Source of the DNA: a bacterium
Lineage (GTDB): Bacteria > Sysuimicrobiota > Sysuimicrobiia > Sysuimicrobiales > Humicultoraceae
Length of the DNA stretch: 23,758 nt
Direction: 5' to 3'
Assembly (NCBI GenBank): GCA_041497675.1
Contig: JBGQGY010000047.1
Location: 1 to 23,758, forward strand
The notes below the pieces were generated by a model. The model was not told the DNA's origin. It saw only the letters and a list, made by a program, of their open reading frames with translations, and ran no database searches. Below, piece by piece: positions 1 to 10,238 of this stretch; positions within the stretch are counted from its first letter, which is position 1, and each line of letters opens with the position of its first letter. Made by a program: the position numbers and the translations under genes.

Positions 1-2
1 AC

Positions 3-494
3 CGGGTTCGGCTGCCCGATATCCGCAAGGGGGAGTTCGAAGGTCTGGCCGCCAAGATGCGCCAGCCAGAGTGGGCACCGGACATCGGCGACCCACACCC
101 GCATCCATCCGCCGGTGCGGTCGTCATCGGCGCAAGAAAGCCGTTGATCGCCTACAATATCAATTTGCGGACCGACGATGTGCGCATCGCGCAAAGCGTC
201 GCCCGAGCCATCCGAGAATCCAGCGGGGGCCTGATGCACGTGCAGGCGATGGGCGTCACGGCGGTCTCGGGTCTGGCGCAGGTCTCGATCAACCTGCTGG
301 ATACGGCGCGCACGCCCATGGCGCGTGTCTTCGATCTCGTGCGCACCGAAGCCGACCGCTTTGGCGTCACGATCGCCGAGAGTGAGATTGTTGGTCTTGT
401 GCCCTTGGATCCCCTCCTCGACGTGGCGCGCGCCTACCTGCGTCTGCGGGAGTTCGACCGGGCTCAGGTACTCGAAGTGCGTCTGATGGAATAA
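3..494 (+). CDS. ftcD: Glutamate formimidoyltransferase, C-terminal part (5' end lies outside the window)
   Basis: Frame is open from base 3: RVRLPDIRKGEFEGL...GARKPLIAYNINL...AQVSINL...ESEIVGLVP, all typical FTCD-family motifs. Lies directly upstream of hutI. Confidence 0.9.
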   Translation, partial: RVRLPDIRKGEFEGLAAKMRQPEWAPDIGDPHPHPSAGAVVIGARKPLIAYNINLRTDDVRIAQSVARAIRESSGGLMHVQAMGVTAVSGLAQVSINLLDTARTPMARVFDLVRTEADRFGVTIAESEIVGLVPLDPLLDVARAYLRLREFDRAQVLEVRLME

Positions 495-500
495 CGGCGG

Positions 501-1766
501 ATGGAGTCCGCCGACCTCCTGCTCGAGCACGCGGCCGAACTGTTGACACTGGCCGGGCCCGCCGACGGGCCGCGGCGTGGCGCGGCATTGCGCGACGTGG
601 GCGTGATCCGAGACGGCGCTGTGGCAGTTGCCGATGGTGAGATCGTGGCCGTGGGGCCGACCGACCAGGTCCGTGATGCCGTGCGCCTCTCGCGCGCAGC
701 GACCGTGATCGACGCGACGGGGCGGGTCGTGCTGCCCGGGTTCGTGGACGCGCACACGCACCTCGTATTTGCGGGCCCGCGCGTCGACGAATTCGAGATG
801 CGTCTGCGCGGCGCGAGCTATCTCGAGATCGCCGCGGCGGGCGGCGGCATCCTGCGGTCGGTGGCGGCGACGCGGGACGCCGATGAGGAGTCGCTGTATC
901 GGCTCGGGCGCGTGCGTCTGGATCATCTGCTCCGCACGGGGACCACGACCGCGGAAGCGAAGAGTGGGTATGGGTTGACGCGTGACGATGAGCTGAAGCA
1001 GCTCCGCGTGATTCACCGTTTGTCGGCCCAACACGACATCGACCTGATCGCAACGGTCCTCGCCGCGCACGCGGTGCCACCCGAGTTCGCGGGAGATCCG
1101 GACGGATACATCGACACGGTCATCCGCGATATTCTGCCGGCTGTGGTCGACGAGGATCTGGCGGAGTTCTGCGACGCCTTCTGCGATGTTGGCGCGTTTA
1201 CGATCGAGCAGGGTCGCGCCGTGCTGGAGGCCGGAAGCGAGCTGGGGCTGGTGCCCAAACTGCACGCCGATGAGTTCGCCGATACCGGCGGCGCCCGGCT
1301 GGCCGCCGAGGTGGGCGCCATCTCGGCCGACCACCTGCTCCACGCGTCGGACACCGGTCTGGCGGCGATGGCGGCGGCCGGCACAATGGCGGTGCTCCTG
1401 CCCGGGACCGCGTACTTCCTCGGGTTGCCCTTTGCCCAGGCCAGGCGGATGGTAGAGTTGGGTGTCCCGGTCGCACTCGCATCGGACTACAACCCGGGAT
1501 CCTCGCCGATGTGGTCGATGCCCGCCGTGATCTCGCTGGCGTGTGTGGGCATGCGGCTGGTGCCCGCCGAAGCGATCGCGGCCGCGACGATCAATGCCGC
1601 GTGGGCGATCGGCATGGCGGAGGAGGTCGGCAGCCTTGAGCCGGGGAAGGCGGCGGATCTGGTGGTCCTTGATGTCGCCGATCATCGGGAGATCGCGATG
1701 ACGCTCGGAGGGTCGATCGTGTGGCAGGTCATCAAGCGCGGCCGGATCGTCGCCGGCATCACCTGA
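501..1766 (+). CDS. hutI: Imidazolonepropionase
   Basis: Amidohydrolase motifs PGFVDAHTHLVF, EAKSGYGL, KLHADE, SADHL, ASDYNPGSS and GSLEPGKAADLV. Confidence 0.95.
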   Translation: MESADLLLEHAAELLTLAGPADGPRRGAALRDVGVIRDGAVAVADGEIVAVGPTDQVRDAVRLSRAATVIDATGRVVLPGFVDAHTHLVFAGPRVDEFEMRLRGASYLEIAAAGGGILRSVAATRDADEESLYRLGRVRLDHLLRTGTTTAEAKSGYGLTRDDELKQLRVIHRLSAQHDIDLIATVLAAHAVPPEFAGDPDGYIDTVIRDILPAVVDEDLAEFCDAFCDVGAFTIEQGRAVLEAGSELGLVPKLHADEFADTGGARLAAEVGAISADHLLHASDTGLAAMAAAGTMAVLLPGTAYFLGLPFAQARRMVELGVPVALASDYNPGSSPMWSMPAVISLACVGMRLVPAEAIAAATINAAWAIGMAEEVGSLEPGKAADLVVLDVADHREIAMTLGGSIVWQVIKRGRIVAGIT

Positions 1767-2545
1767 TGGGCGGCGTGAAATCGCCACTGGTCCGCCTCGG
1801 CGTCTGCGCGTCGACCAATGAGGTCGCCCGGTGGCTCGCCGCCGCGGGTCTGCCGGAAGGGACGGCGGTCATCGCGCAGATGCAGACCCGCGGGCGCGGG
1901 CGGCACGGCCGTATCTGGAGCTCTCCGGCGGGCGGGCTCTGGTGTTCCCTTCTGTTGCGACCCGCGGCGCAGACCGCGTGGGGGCGGCTGAGCCTGGCGG
2001 CGAGCGTGGCGACGGCCGAGGCCATCGAGCAGACGGCGAACGTCCGCGCGGCGATCCGGTGGCCGAACGACGTGCTGGTCGAGGGAAGGAAGGTCGCCGG
2101 GATTCTTTTGGAAGCCGCGGCGCATGCCGTCATCGCCGGCATCGGGATCAACGCTAACGTGGCGACCGCCGATCTGCCCCCAGTGGTCCGCGGGCGCGCG
2201 GGGTCCCTCCACGAGTTGAGCGGTCGCGCGATTTGCCTCGAGACCCTGTTCGAGACGCTGCGGGAGAGGTTCGCACGCTGGTATGCGCTCTGGAGCAGCA
2301 CCGCGGATGCGGCGGCGGAAGACATCATCGAGGGTTGGTCGGCCCGCGACGCCACCCGGGGGCAGCACCTCGGTATCCAGGTTGGTTCGCAGCGCGTGGA
2401 AGGCATCGCCGAGGGTGTCGACGCGACCGGCGCCCTGCGAGTTCGCGCCCGTGATGGTCTGGTGCGAACCGTGACCGCGGGAGACATCGTCTCGCCGCCG
2501 GTCCTCGCCGGCGGGGATGGCAGGATCGGCTACGGCGACGTCTAA
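1766..2545 (+). CDS. birA: Biotin--[acetyl-CoA-carboxylase] ligase, monofunctional (no N-terminal HTH)
   Basis: STN, QTRGRGRHGRIW, RWPND, KVAGIL and GIGIN motifs plus a C-terminal SH3-like GVDATGALRV. ATG at 1766 overlaps the hutI stop (TGATG). Confidence 0.9.
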   Translation: MGGVKSPLVRLGVCASTNEVARWLAAAGLPEGTAVIAQMQTRGRGRHGRIWSSPAGGLWCSLLLRPAAQTAWGRLSLAASVATAEAIEQTANVRAAIRWPNDVLVEGRKVAGILLEAAAHAVIAGIGINANVATADLPPVVRGRAGSLHELSGRAICLETLFETLRERFARWYALWSSTADAAAEDIIEGWSARDATRGQHLGIQVGSQRVEGIAEGVDATGALRVRARDGLVRTVTAGDIVSPPVLAGGDGRIGYGDV

Positions 2546-2558
2546 CCACAGCGGCGGC

Positions 2559-3476
2559 ATGGACCGCCCGCGTCACGTCGTGAGCGTCAGCCTCGGGTCG
2601 AGCCGGGGCAACCACCGGGTCGAGACCGAGCTGGCCGGCCAGCGGTTCATCATCGAGCGCATCGGGACCGACGGTGACTATCAGGCGTGGTGCCGGCGCC
2701 TGCGTGAACTGGACGGTAAGGTGGACGCGATCGGGTTGGGGGGCATCAACCTCGCGCTGATCGCCGGGAACCACAAGTACTACATCCGCGACGCCGTCCG
2801 AGCCGTCGCCGGGATGCGCACCCCCGTGGTCGACGGTGGCGGGATCAAGCAATCGTGGGAGCAGCACCTCATCCTCACGGGTCTGCGGGACGCGATCGGG
2901 CTCGACTTTCGCGGCAAGCGGGTGCTCCTGGTGGCGTCCGTCGATCGATACGGCATGGCCGAGGCCTTTACCCGGGCCGGCGCCGATGTGGTCTTCGGCG
3001 ACTTGATGTTTGGTCTGGGCATACCAATCGCGCTGCGCGGTCTGACGACGATCAAGATTCTGGCCGCCATCTTGCTGCCGATCTTGACGCGCGGCCCGTT
3101 TACCTGGCTCTATCCCACCGGGAAGAAGCAAGAAACCGTCACACCGAGGTTTGGTCGAGCCTACAGATGGGCAGAAGTTATAGCGGGGGACTTCCATCTC
3201 ATACAGCAGAACATGCCTGACGATCTCTCGGGGAAAACGATTCTCACGAATACGGTGACGCCGGCCGACGTCGACGCGCTGCGGCAGCGGAAGGCGTCCG
3301 TGCTGATTACCGTGACGCCGGAGATGACGGGCCGGTCGTTTGGCACCAATGTGATCGAAGCGGTGATCGTCGCAGCCTCCGGTCGTCGGCCCGAAGATCT
3401 CACGCCGTCGGACTACATCGAGTGGATGCGACGACTGGATTTTCGACCGCGCATCGAGCGGCTCGTACCGGCATGA
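2559..3476 (+). CDS. Conserved protein of the family usually annotated 'quinate 5-dehydrogenase' (function unverified)
   Basis: VVSVSLGSS, ERIGTDGD, DAIGLGG, VVDGGGIK, VDRYGMAE, FGDLMFGLG and GRSFGTNVIEA motifs, recalled from Clostridia-type genes near greA. Start placed at ATG 2559, after the birA stop. Confidence 0.7.
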   Translation: MDRPRHVVSVSLGSSRGNHRVETELAGQRFIIERIGTDGDYQAWCRRLRELDGKVDAIGLGGINLALIAGNHKYYIRDAVRAVAGMRTPVVDGGGIKQSWEQHLILTGLRDAIGLDFRGKRVLLVASVDRYGMAEAFTRAGADVVFGDLMFGLGIPIALRGLTTIKILAAILLPILTRGPFTWLYPTGKKQETVTPRFGRAYRWAEVIAGDFHLIQQNMPDDLSGKTILTNTVTPADVDALRQRKASVLITVTPEMTGRSFGTNVIEAVIVAASGRRPEDLTPSDYIEWMRRLDFRPRIERLVPA

Positions 3477-3488
3477 CGCGCGTCTTGC

Positions 3489-3517
3489 TTGACGGCGATA
3501 GATGACGTGTCTATACT
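3489..3517 (+). promoter_or_regulatory. Sigma70/sigmaA promoter for greA
   Basis: TTGACG (3489-3494), 17-bp spacer, TATACT (3512-3517). Confidence 0.8.
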
Positions 3518-3532
3518 CCAGGGTAGTCGCTT

Positions 3533-3562
3533 CCGACCGCCAAGCATACGCTTGGCGGTCGG
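3533..3562 (+). promoter_or_regulatory. Perfect 13-bp hairpin in the greA leader
   Basis: CCGACCGCCAAGC-ATAC-GCTTGGCGGTCGG, downstream of the predicted promoter, with no clear U-tract. Confidence 0.6.
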
Positions 3563-3617
3563 TATCAATTGTGGCTGACAAATACGAGATGGGGACGGTC
3601 CAGGACCCTGTTGCCAG

Positions 3618-4124
3618 ATGAAAAATAATAAGAGCCCGAAAATTGCCGACGCCGAGAAAGAGACCATCCTGACGCAGGACGGCCTGCACAAGCTCGAAGA
3701 GGAGCTCGAGCACCTCAAGGGCACCCGTCGGAAAGAGATCGCCGAGCGCATCAAGCAGGCCAAGGAATTCGGCGACCTCTCTGAAAACGCCGAATATGAC
3801 GACGCCAAGAACGATCAGGCGTTCGTCGAGGGCCGGATTCTGCAAATCGAGCATATGCTACGCAGCGCCCGCGTGATCGACAACCACGCCGCCAACTCCG
3901 ACACCGTTGCGGTCGGCTCGACCGTTCGGTTGAAGGATGTCGGGGCGGGGGACGAGATTAAGTACACGATCGTGGGGTCCGCCGAAGCCGATCCTCTGCA
4001 GGATCGTATCAGCAACGAATCCCCCGTCGGTCATGCCTTGATCGGCCGCAAACGGGGCGAGACCGTCACCATTCGCGTGCCGGCCGGGACGCTCAAGTAT
4101 ACGATTCTGGAGATCACGGCCTAA
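3618..4124 (+). CDS. greA: Transcription elongation factor GreA
   Basis: GDLSENAEYDDAK acidic finger and ISNESPVGHALIG C-terminal motif. Confidence 0.97.
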   Translation: MKNNKSPKIADAEKETILTQDGLHKLEEELEHLKGTRRKEIAERIKQAKEFGDLSENAEYDDAKNDQAFVEGRILQIEHMLRSARVIDNHAANSDTVAVGSTVRLKDVGAGDEIKYTIVGSAEADPLQDRISNESPVGHALIGRKRGETVTIRVPAGTLKYTILEITA

Positions 4125-4203
4125 GCGCATGTGCGCGCGTCCACGGAGGACGCCCGCGCGCCGTCCGGCCCGGGAGATGTGTCCCGGGCCGTCACAGTCT
4201 CGG

Positions 4204-4233
4204 GTGGAGCATCGACGTGTGGAGCATCGACGT
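4204..4233. repeat. Exact 15-bp tandem duplication GTGGAGCATCGACGT x2
   Basis: Copies at 4204-4218 and 4219-4233 in the greA-clpC intergenic region. Confidence 0.9.
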
Positions 4234-4274
4234 ATGGATGAGGCACCCGGTCTGTCGCGGGGCCGCGGGAGTTG

Positions 4275-4301
4275 GGAATTGTTCATAGGGAGGGTACGTA
4301 A
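4275..4301 (+). promoter_or_regulatory. Putative ECF-sigma promoter upstream of clpC
   Basis: GGAATT (4275-4280), 16-bp spacer, CGTAA (4297-4301). Confidence 0.5.
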
Positions 4302-4349
4302 GAGAGATGTAGGGCCAGGCGCGTCTGCCGGGCTGATGTGCACGGGGTG

Positions 4350-4378
4350 GCAGGAGTGGAGTTCCCGGAGGCAGAATT
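4350..4378 (+). promoter_or_regulatory. Putative sigmaH-type promoter upstream of clpC
   Basis: GCAGGA...GCAGAATT: AGGA (4352-4355), 18 bp, GAAT (4374-4377), matching the Bacillus sigmaH core spacing. Confidence 0.5.
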
Positions 4379-4431
4379 GCCAGATCATGTAAAGCGGGGT
4401 TCCTCTCACCCTCGGAAGAGAGGAGAGTGCA

Positions 4432-6894
<2,463 letters not shown>

Positions 6895-6913
6895 ATCGGC
6901 CTGAAGCCGTCGG

Positions 6914-6954
6914 CGGGACCCGGGCCACGAGGCCGGGTCCCGTTTGTTATCTTT
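6914..6954 (+). terminator. Intrinsic terminator after clpC
   Basis: CGGGACCCGG (6914-6923) pairs with CCGGGTCCCG (6933-6942), followed by TTTGTTATCTTT. Confidence 0.75.
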
Positions 6955-7022
6955 CAAAATTCCCTGCAGGTGGTCGCTACCGCTGCCGATGAAAGAGTGG
7001 GAAGGCGCGGCCGGAGGTGGGG

Positions 7023-8381
7023 ATGGAACGGACCAAGGGGCAATACGTCTGTCAGACGTGCGGTCACGCATCGCCCAAGTGGCTGGGGCGGTGCCCGTCA
7101 TGCGGCGAGTGGAACACCCTCGTCGAGGAAATCGAGGCTGCGGCCAAGCCGGCTGCCCGGCGCAGGGCGTCGGGTGCTGCCGCAGCAGAACCGGTGTCTG
7201 TGGCCACGGTGACGCTTCCCGATGAGACGCGGACCCCGACCGGGGTGGCAGAGTTCGACCGGGTGCTCGGTGGCGGTCTCGTGCGGGGATCAGTCGTGCT
7301 CGTCGGTGGAGACCCGGGAACCGGCAAGACCACCCTCCTGACCCAGGTCGGCGACCGGGTGGCCCGGGCCGGCGGCCAGGTGTTGTACGTCACCGCCGAA
7401 GAGTCGGTCCGGCAGACGAAGCTCCGCGCCGAGCGATTGGGCGCGGCCGCACCCGGGCTGCTGGTGCTCGCCGAAAACGATCTCGACGTGATCACCGAGA
7501 CCGTCACGCGCCGGCCGCCGACCGTACTTATCGTCGATTCGATCCAGACCGTCTACCGGGCCGACGTCGCGTCGGCACCGGGCAGCGTAGCGCAGGTGCG
7601 CGAGTGCGCGGCTGCCCTGGTCAGGCTGGCGAAGGACCGTGAGGTCACCACGTTCATCATCGGGCACGTCACAAAAGAAGGCGCCCTGGCCGGGCCGAGG
7701 GTGCTGGAGCATCTGGTCGATACCGTGCTCTACTTTGAGGGCGACCGGCACCACGCCTACCGAATCTTGCGCGCCACGAAGAACCGGTTCGGATCCACCA
7801 ACGAGATCGGCGTCTTCGAGATGGCGGGCAGCGGGCTGGTAGAGGTGCCCAACCCCTCGGCGGCGTTTCTGTCCGAACGGGCGCAGGCGGCGCCGGGGTC
7901 GACCGTGGTCTGCGCGATCGAAGGGTCACGACCGCTGCTGGTGGAGGTGCAGGCGTTGGTCAGCCCCACGCACTTTGGCATGCCGCGGCGCACGGCCGCG
8001 GGGGTGGACTACAACCGGCTGCTGCTGTTGCTGGCCGTGCTAGAACGGCGCGCGGGCCTGCAGCTGGCCAGCCAGGACGTCTACGCCAGCATCGCCGGGG
8101 GGATCAACGTCGAGGAGCCCGCGGCCGACCTGGGTATCGCCGTCGCCGTCGCGAGTAGCCTGCGCGACCGTCCGGTCGATCCGCAGACGGTCGTGCTTGG
8201 CGAGGTGGGGCTGGCCGGAGAAGTTCGGGCGGTGCCGCAGCTCGGTAAGCGCCTGGCTGAGGCGGCGCGGCTGGGATTCGCGCGGGCGGTCGTGCCGCGC
8301 GCGGGGGCGGCCGATGCACCGGCGGGTCTGGAAGTCATCCCCGTGCCTGATCTGTCAACTGCGTTGAGAGCACTCGTGTAG
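7023..8381 (+). CDS. radA: DNA repair protein RadA/Sms
   Basis: C4 zinc finger (CQTC...CPSC), Walker A GGDPGTGKTT, KNRFG motif and Lon-like C-terminus. SD GGAGG at 7013-7017 favours ATG 7023. Confidence 0.97.
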   Translation: MERTKGQYVCQTCGHASPKWLGRCPSCGEWNTLVEEIEAAAKPAARRRASGAAAAEPVSVATVTLPDETRTPTGVAEFDRVLGGGLVRGSVVLVGGDPGTGKTTLLTQVGDRVARAGGQVLYVTAEESVRQTKLRAERLGAAAPGLLVLAENDLDVITETVTRRPPTVLIVDSIQTVYRADVASAPGSVAQVRECAAALVRLAKDREVTTFIIGHVTKEGALAGPRVLEHLVDTVLYFEGDRHHAYRILRATKNRFGSTNEIGVFEMAGSGLVEVPNPSAAFLSERAQAAPGSTVVCAIEGSRPLLVEVQALVSPTHFGMPRRTAAGVDYNRLLLLLAVLERRAGLQLASQDVYASIAGGINVEEPAADLGIAVAVASSLRDRPVDPQTVVLGEVGLAGEVRAVPQLGKRLAEAARLGFARAVVPRAGAADAPAGLEVIPVPDLSTALRALV

Positions 8382-8491
8382 CTGCGTGGGCTGAGGCGCC
8401 GGCATGACGACGCCGATGGTGTGGACGGTTCCTCGCTCGTGCTGTCACGCAGCCGGACCCGCAGGCGCGTTCTCGATAGCGTAAGATTCAC

Positions 8492-8526
8492 GAAAACAGA
8501 ACGCGCCCAGGCAACGCCTGGACGCG
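8492..8526 (-). terminator. Intrinsic terminator for the minus-strand gene 8556-8951
   Basis: Minus strand reads CGCGTCCAGGC-GTT-GCCTGGGCGCG (11 bp with one G-U pair), then TTCTGTTTT. Confidence 0.7.
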
Positions 8527-8555
8527 CCTTGTGCACAATGTCGGTTGCAAACGTT

Positions 8556-8951
8556 TTACGTCAGGTGGAACACCCCAAGCGTCGCCACGCGAGTGTGTTC
8601 TTTGGTCAACACGGCCTCGAGATCCAACCCCAAGAGACCCGCAGCGGCCGCCAGATAGAACAGCGTCGCGCCGATCTCGGTCTCGAGCACCTCACGGCAC
8701 TTCTCGCACAGGGTGCCGTTCACGTGCGTCTGCATCATCTCGCGGATTTCAGCCAGGCTCAGTTCGGCGGGAAACCGCTGGCGGCTGGCGTCGATGCTGA
8801 TACATCCGCAGTTCGTCACGGACTTTGCAATGGCGCGGTTGACACGAGCGGCGGCTTCAGACAGCTTGGTTTGGACATCGAGGATACTGCGATGGCGGAT
8901 CAGGTACTGACTGACGGTGTCCTGGAACGTGTCCTGCCGAATCTCAGCCAT
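8556..8951 (-). CDS. Conserved small Cys-containing protein with a MazG-like C-terminal helix (family found next to radA in Clostridia, often labelled DUF1573)
   Basis: RHRSILD..TKL.E..ARVNRAIAKSVTNCGC, LCEKCRE and EIGATLFYLA. Has its own SD (GAGGTGA), consensus promoter and terminator. Confidence 0.8.
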   Translation of the reverse strand: MAEIRQDTFQDTVSQYLIRHRSILDVQTKLSEAAARVNRAIAKSVTNCGCISIDASRQRFPAELSLAEIREMMQTHVNGTLCEKCREVLETEIGATLFYLAAAAGLLGLDLEAVLTKEHTRVATLGVFHLT

Positions 8952-9009
8952 GCCCGATACTCACCTCACCGAGCCGCGAAGACATAGCGTATCTGCAAAG
9001 ACGAGTGTC

Positions 9010-9039
9010 ATTATAGAGAGCGCATCGTGACGCTGTCAA
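9010..9039 (-). promoter_or_regulatory. Consensus sigma70 promoter for the minus-strand gene
   Basis: Minus strand TTGACA (9039-9034), 18-bp spacer, TATAAT (9015-9010). Confidence 0.8.
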
Positions 9040-9060
9040 ATGGCCGGTGTCGAACCCCTG

Positions 9061-9069
9061 TGCTATACT
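9061..9069 (+). promoter_or_regulatory. Extended -10 promoter for the PIN/TRAM-ispDF-cysS-rlmB operon
   Basis: TGcTATACT, back-to-back with the minus-strand promoter. Confidence 0.6.
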
Positions 9070-9155
9070 CGACACGACACGCACCGTCGATGCGGCCGGG
9101 TCATCATGTTGATGACCGGTCGGCGGTGAGGATTCAACCGCGCAACGGTGAGGGG

Positions 9156-10238
9156 ATGCGCGACCTAATCTTGAAGGGTGTCGGCGCGCTGCTTGGCGGC
9201 CTGATGGGTTACGAAGCAGCGGTGCTGGCCATCGCATGGAACCCGGCGATCCAGGCTGCCGGGTTCCTGCTCTACATTGTCGCCGTGGTCATCGGCGGCG
9301 TCGTTGGCGTGATCGTCGCGCCGGCGGCCGGGCGGGGATTCGTCGCCTCAATGGCCTGGGTGCTGCGCGGTCTCGCGAGTCTGTCACTGCACGACCTCAT
9401 CCTGGGCGGAGTCGGACTGATCGTCGGTCTCCTCCTGGCACTGTTCGTCGGGTACCTGCTTGCAGAGCTACCGCTCATCGGGCCCTACATCCGACTCATT
9501 GCGGGTCTCGTCTTCGGCTACCTCGGCCTGCACATCGCGTTACAGCGACGTGACGAGATCGCCGGCATCGTGTCGCGCGAACGCGGTGCGCCGCAGAGCA
9601 AGCACACCCAGGGGACGCCCAAGCTCCTCGACACCAGCGTGATCATCGATGGCCGCATCGTCGACATCGTGCTGAGCGGATTTCTGGAGGCGCCCCTGCT
9701 CGTGCCGCGATCGGTGCTTGCCGAACTCCAGCGGATTGCCGACTCGTCCGACCTGCTCCGGCGAAACCGGGGACGCCGTGGCTTGGATATCCTCAACCGG
9801 CTCCGCCGCGAGCTCGACGCCGTCAACATTGTCGACGATCACGCGGCGCCCGGCACTGACGTCGACGCTCAACTGGTGACGCTGGCGAAAGCCCAGCACG
9901 CCTGGGTGGTCACCAACGACTTCAACCTCAGCAAGGTAGCCGAACTTCAGGGCGTCCGCGTGCTCAACGTGAATGAGCTGGCGCAGGCCCTGCGACCGAC
10001 GGTCCTGCCGGGCGAAGAACTCTCCGTGCAGGTGATCCGCGACGGTAAGGAGGCCGGTCAGGGCGTGGCCTACATGGAAGACGGCACGATGATCGTCGTC
10101 GAAGGCGGCAAGCGGCTGATCGGCGAGACCTCCGGGGTCATCGTGACCAGCGTCTTACAGACGTCGGCCGGCCGCATGATCTTCGCACGGCCCAAGTCCA
10201 CCGAGTCCACCGGACCCTCGACCGTTCAAAAACGATGA
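9156..10238 (+). CDS. yacL: Membrane-anchored PIN/TRAM domain protein (YacL family)
   Basis: Four N-terminal hydrophobic helices, PIN motifs [11 protein letters not shown] and VTNDFNL, TRAM motifs [20 protein letters not shown] and [13 protein letters not shown] 9156 follows GAGGGG. Confidence 0.9.
   Translation: MRDLILKGVGALLGGLMGYEAAVLAIAWNPAIQAAGFLLYIVAVVIGGVVGVIVAPAAGRGFVASMAWVLRGLASLSLHDLILGGVGLIVGLLLALFVGYLLAELPLIGPYIRLIAGLVFGYLGLHIALQRRDEIAGIVSRERGAPQSKHTQGTPKLLDTSVIIDGRIVDIVLSGFLEAPLLVPRSVLAELQRIADSSDLLRRNRGRRGLDILNRLRRELDAVNIVDDHAAPGTDVDAQLVTLAKAQHAWVVTNDFNLSKVAELQGVRVLNVNELAQALRPTVLPGEELSVQVIRDGKEAGQGVAYMEDGTMIVVEGGKRLIGETSGVIVTSVLQTSAGRMIFARPKSTESTGPSTVQKR

Noticed and set aside
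4129..4392. 87-aa ORF between greA and clpC
   Set aside because: No SD, low-complexity Arg/Pro/Gly translation, and it overlaps hairpins and promoter motifs. A regulatory role explains the region better.
8421..8987. 188-aa plus-strand ORF after radA (possible disA or carD)
   Set aside because: No DAC or CarD motifs. The minus-strand ORF has the promoter, SD, terminator and conserved motifs.
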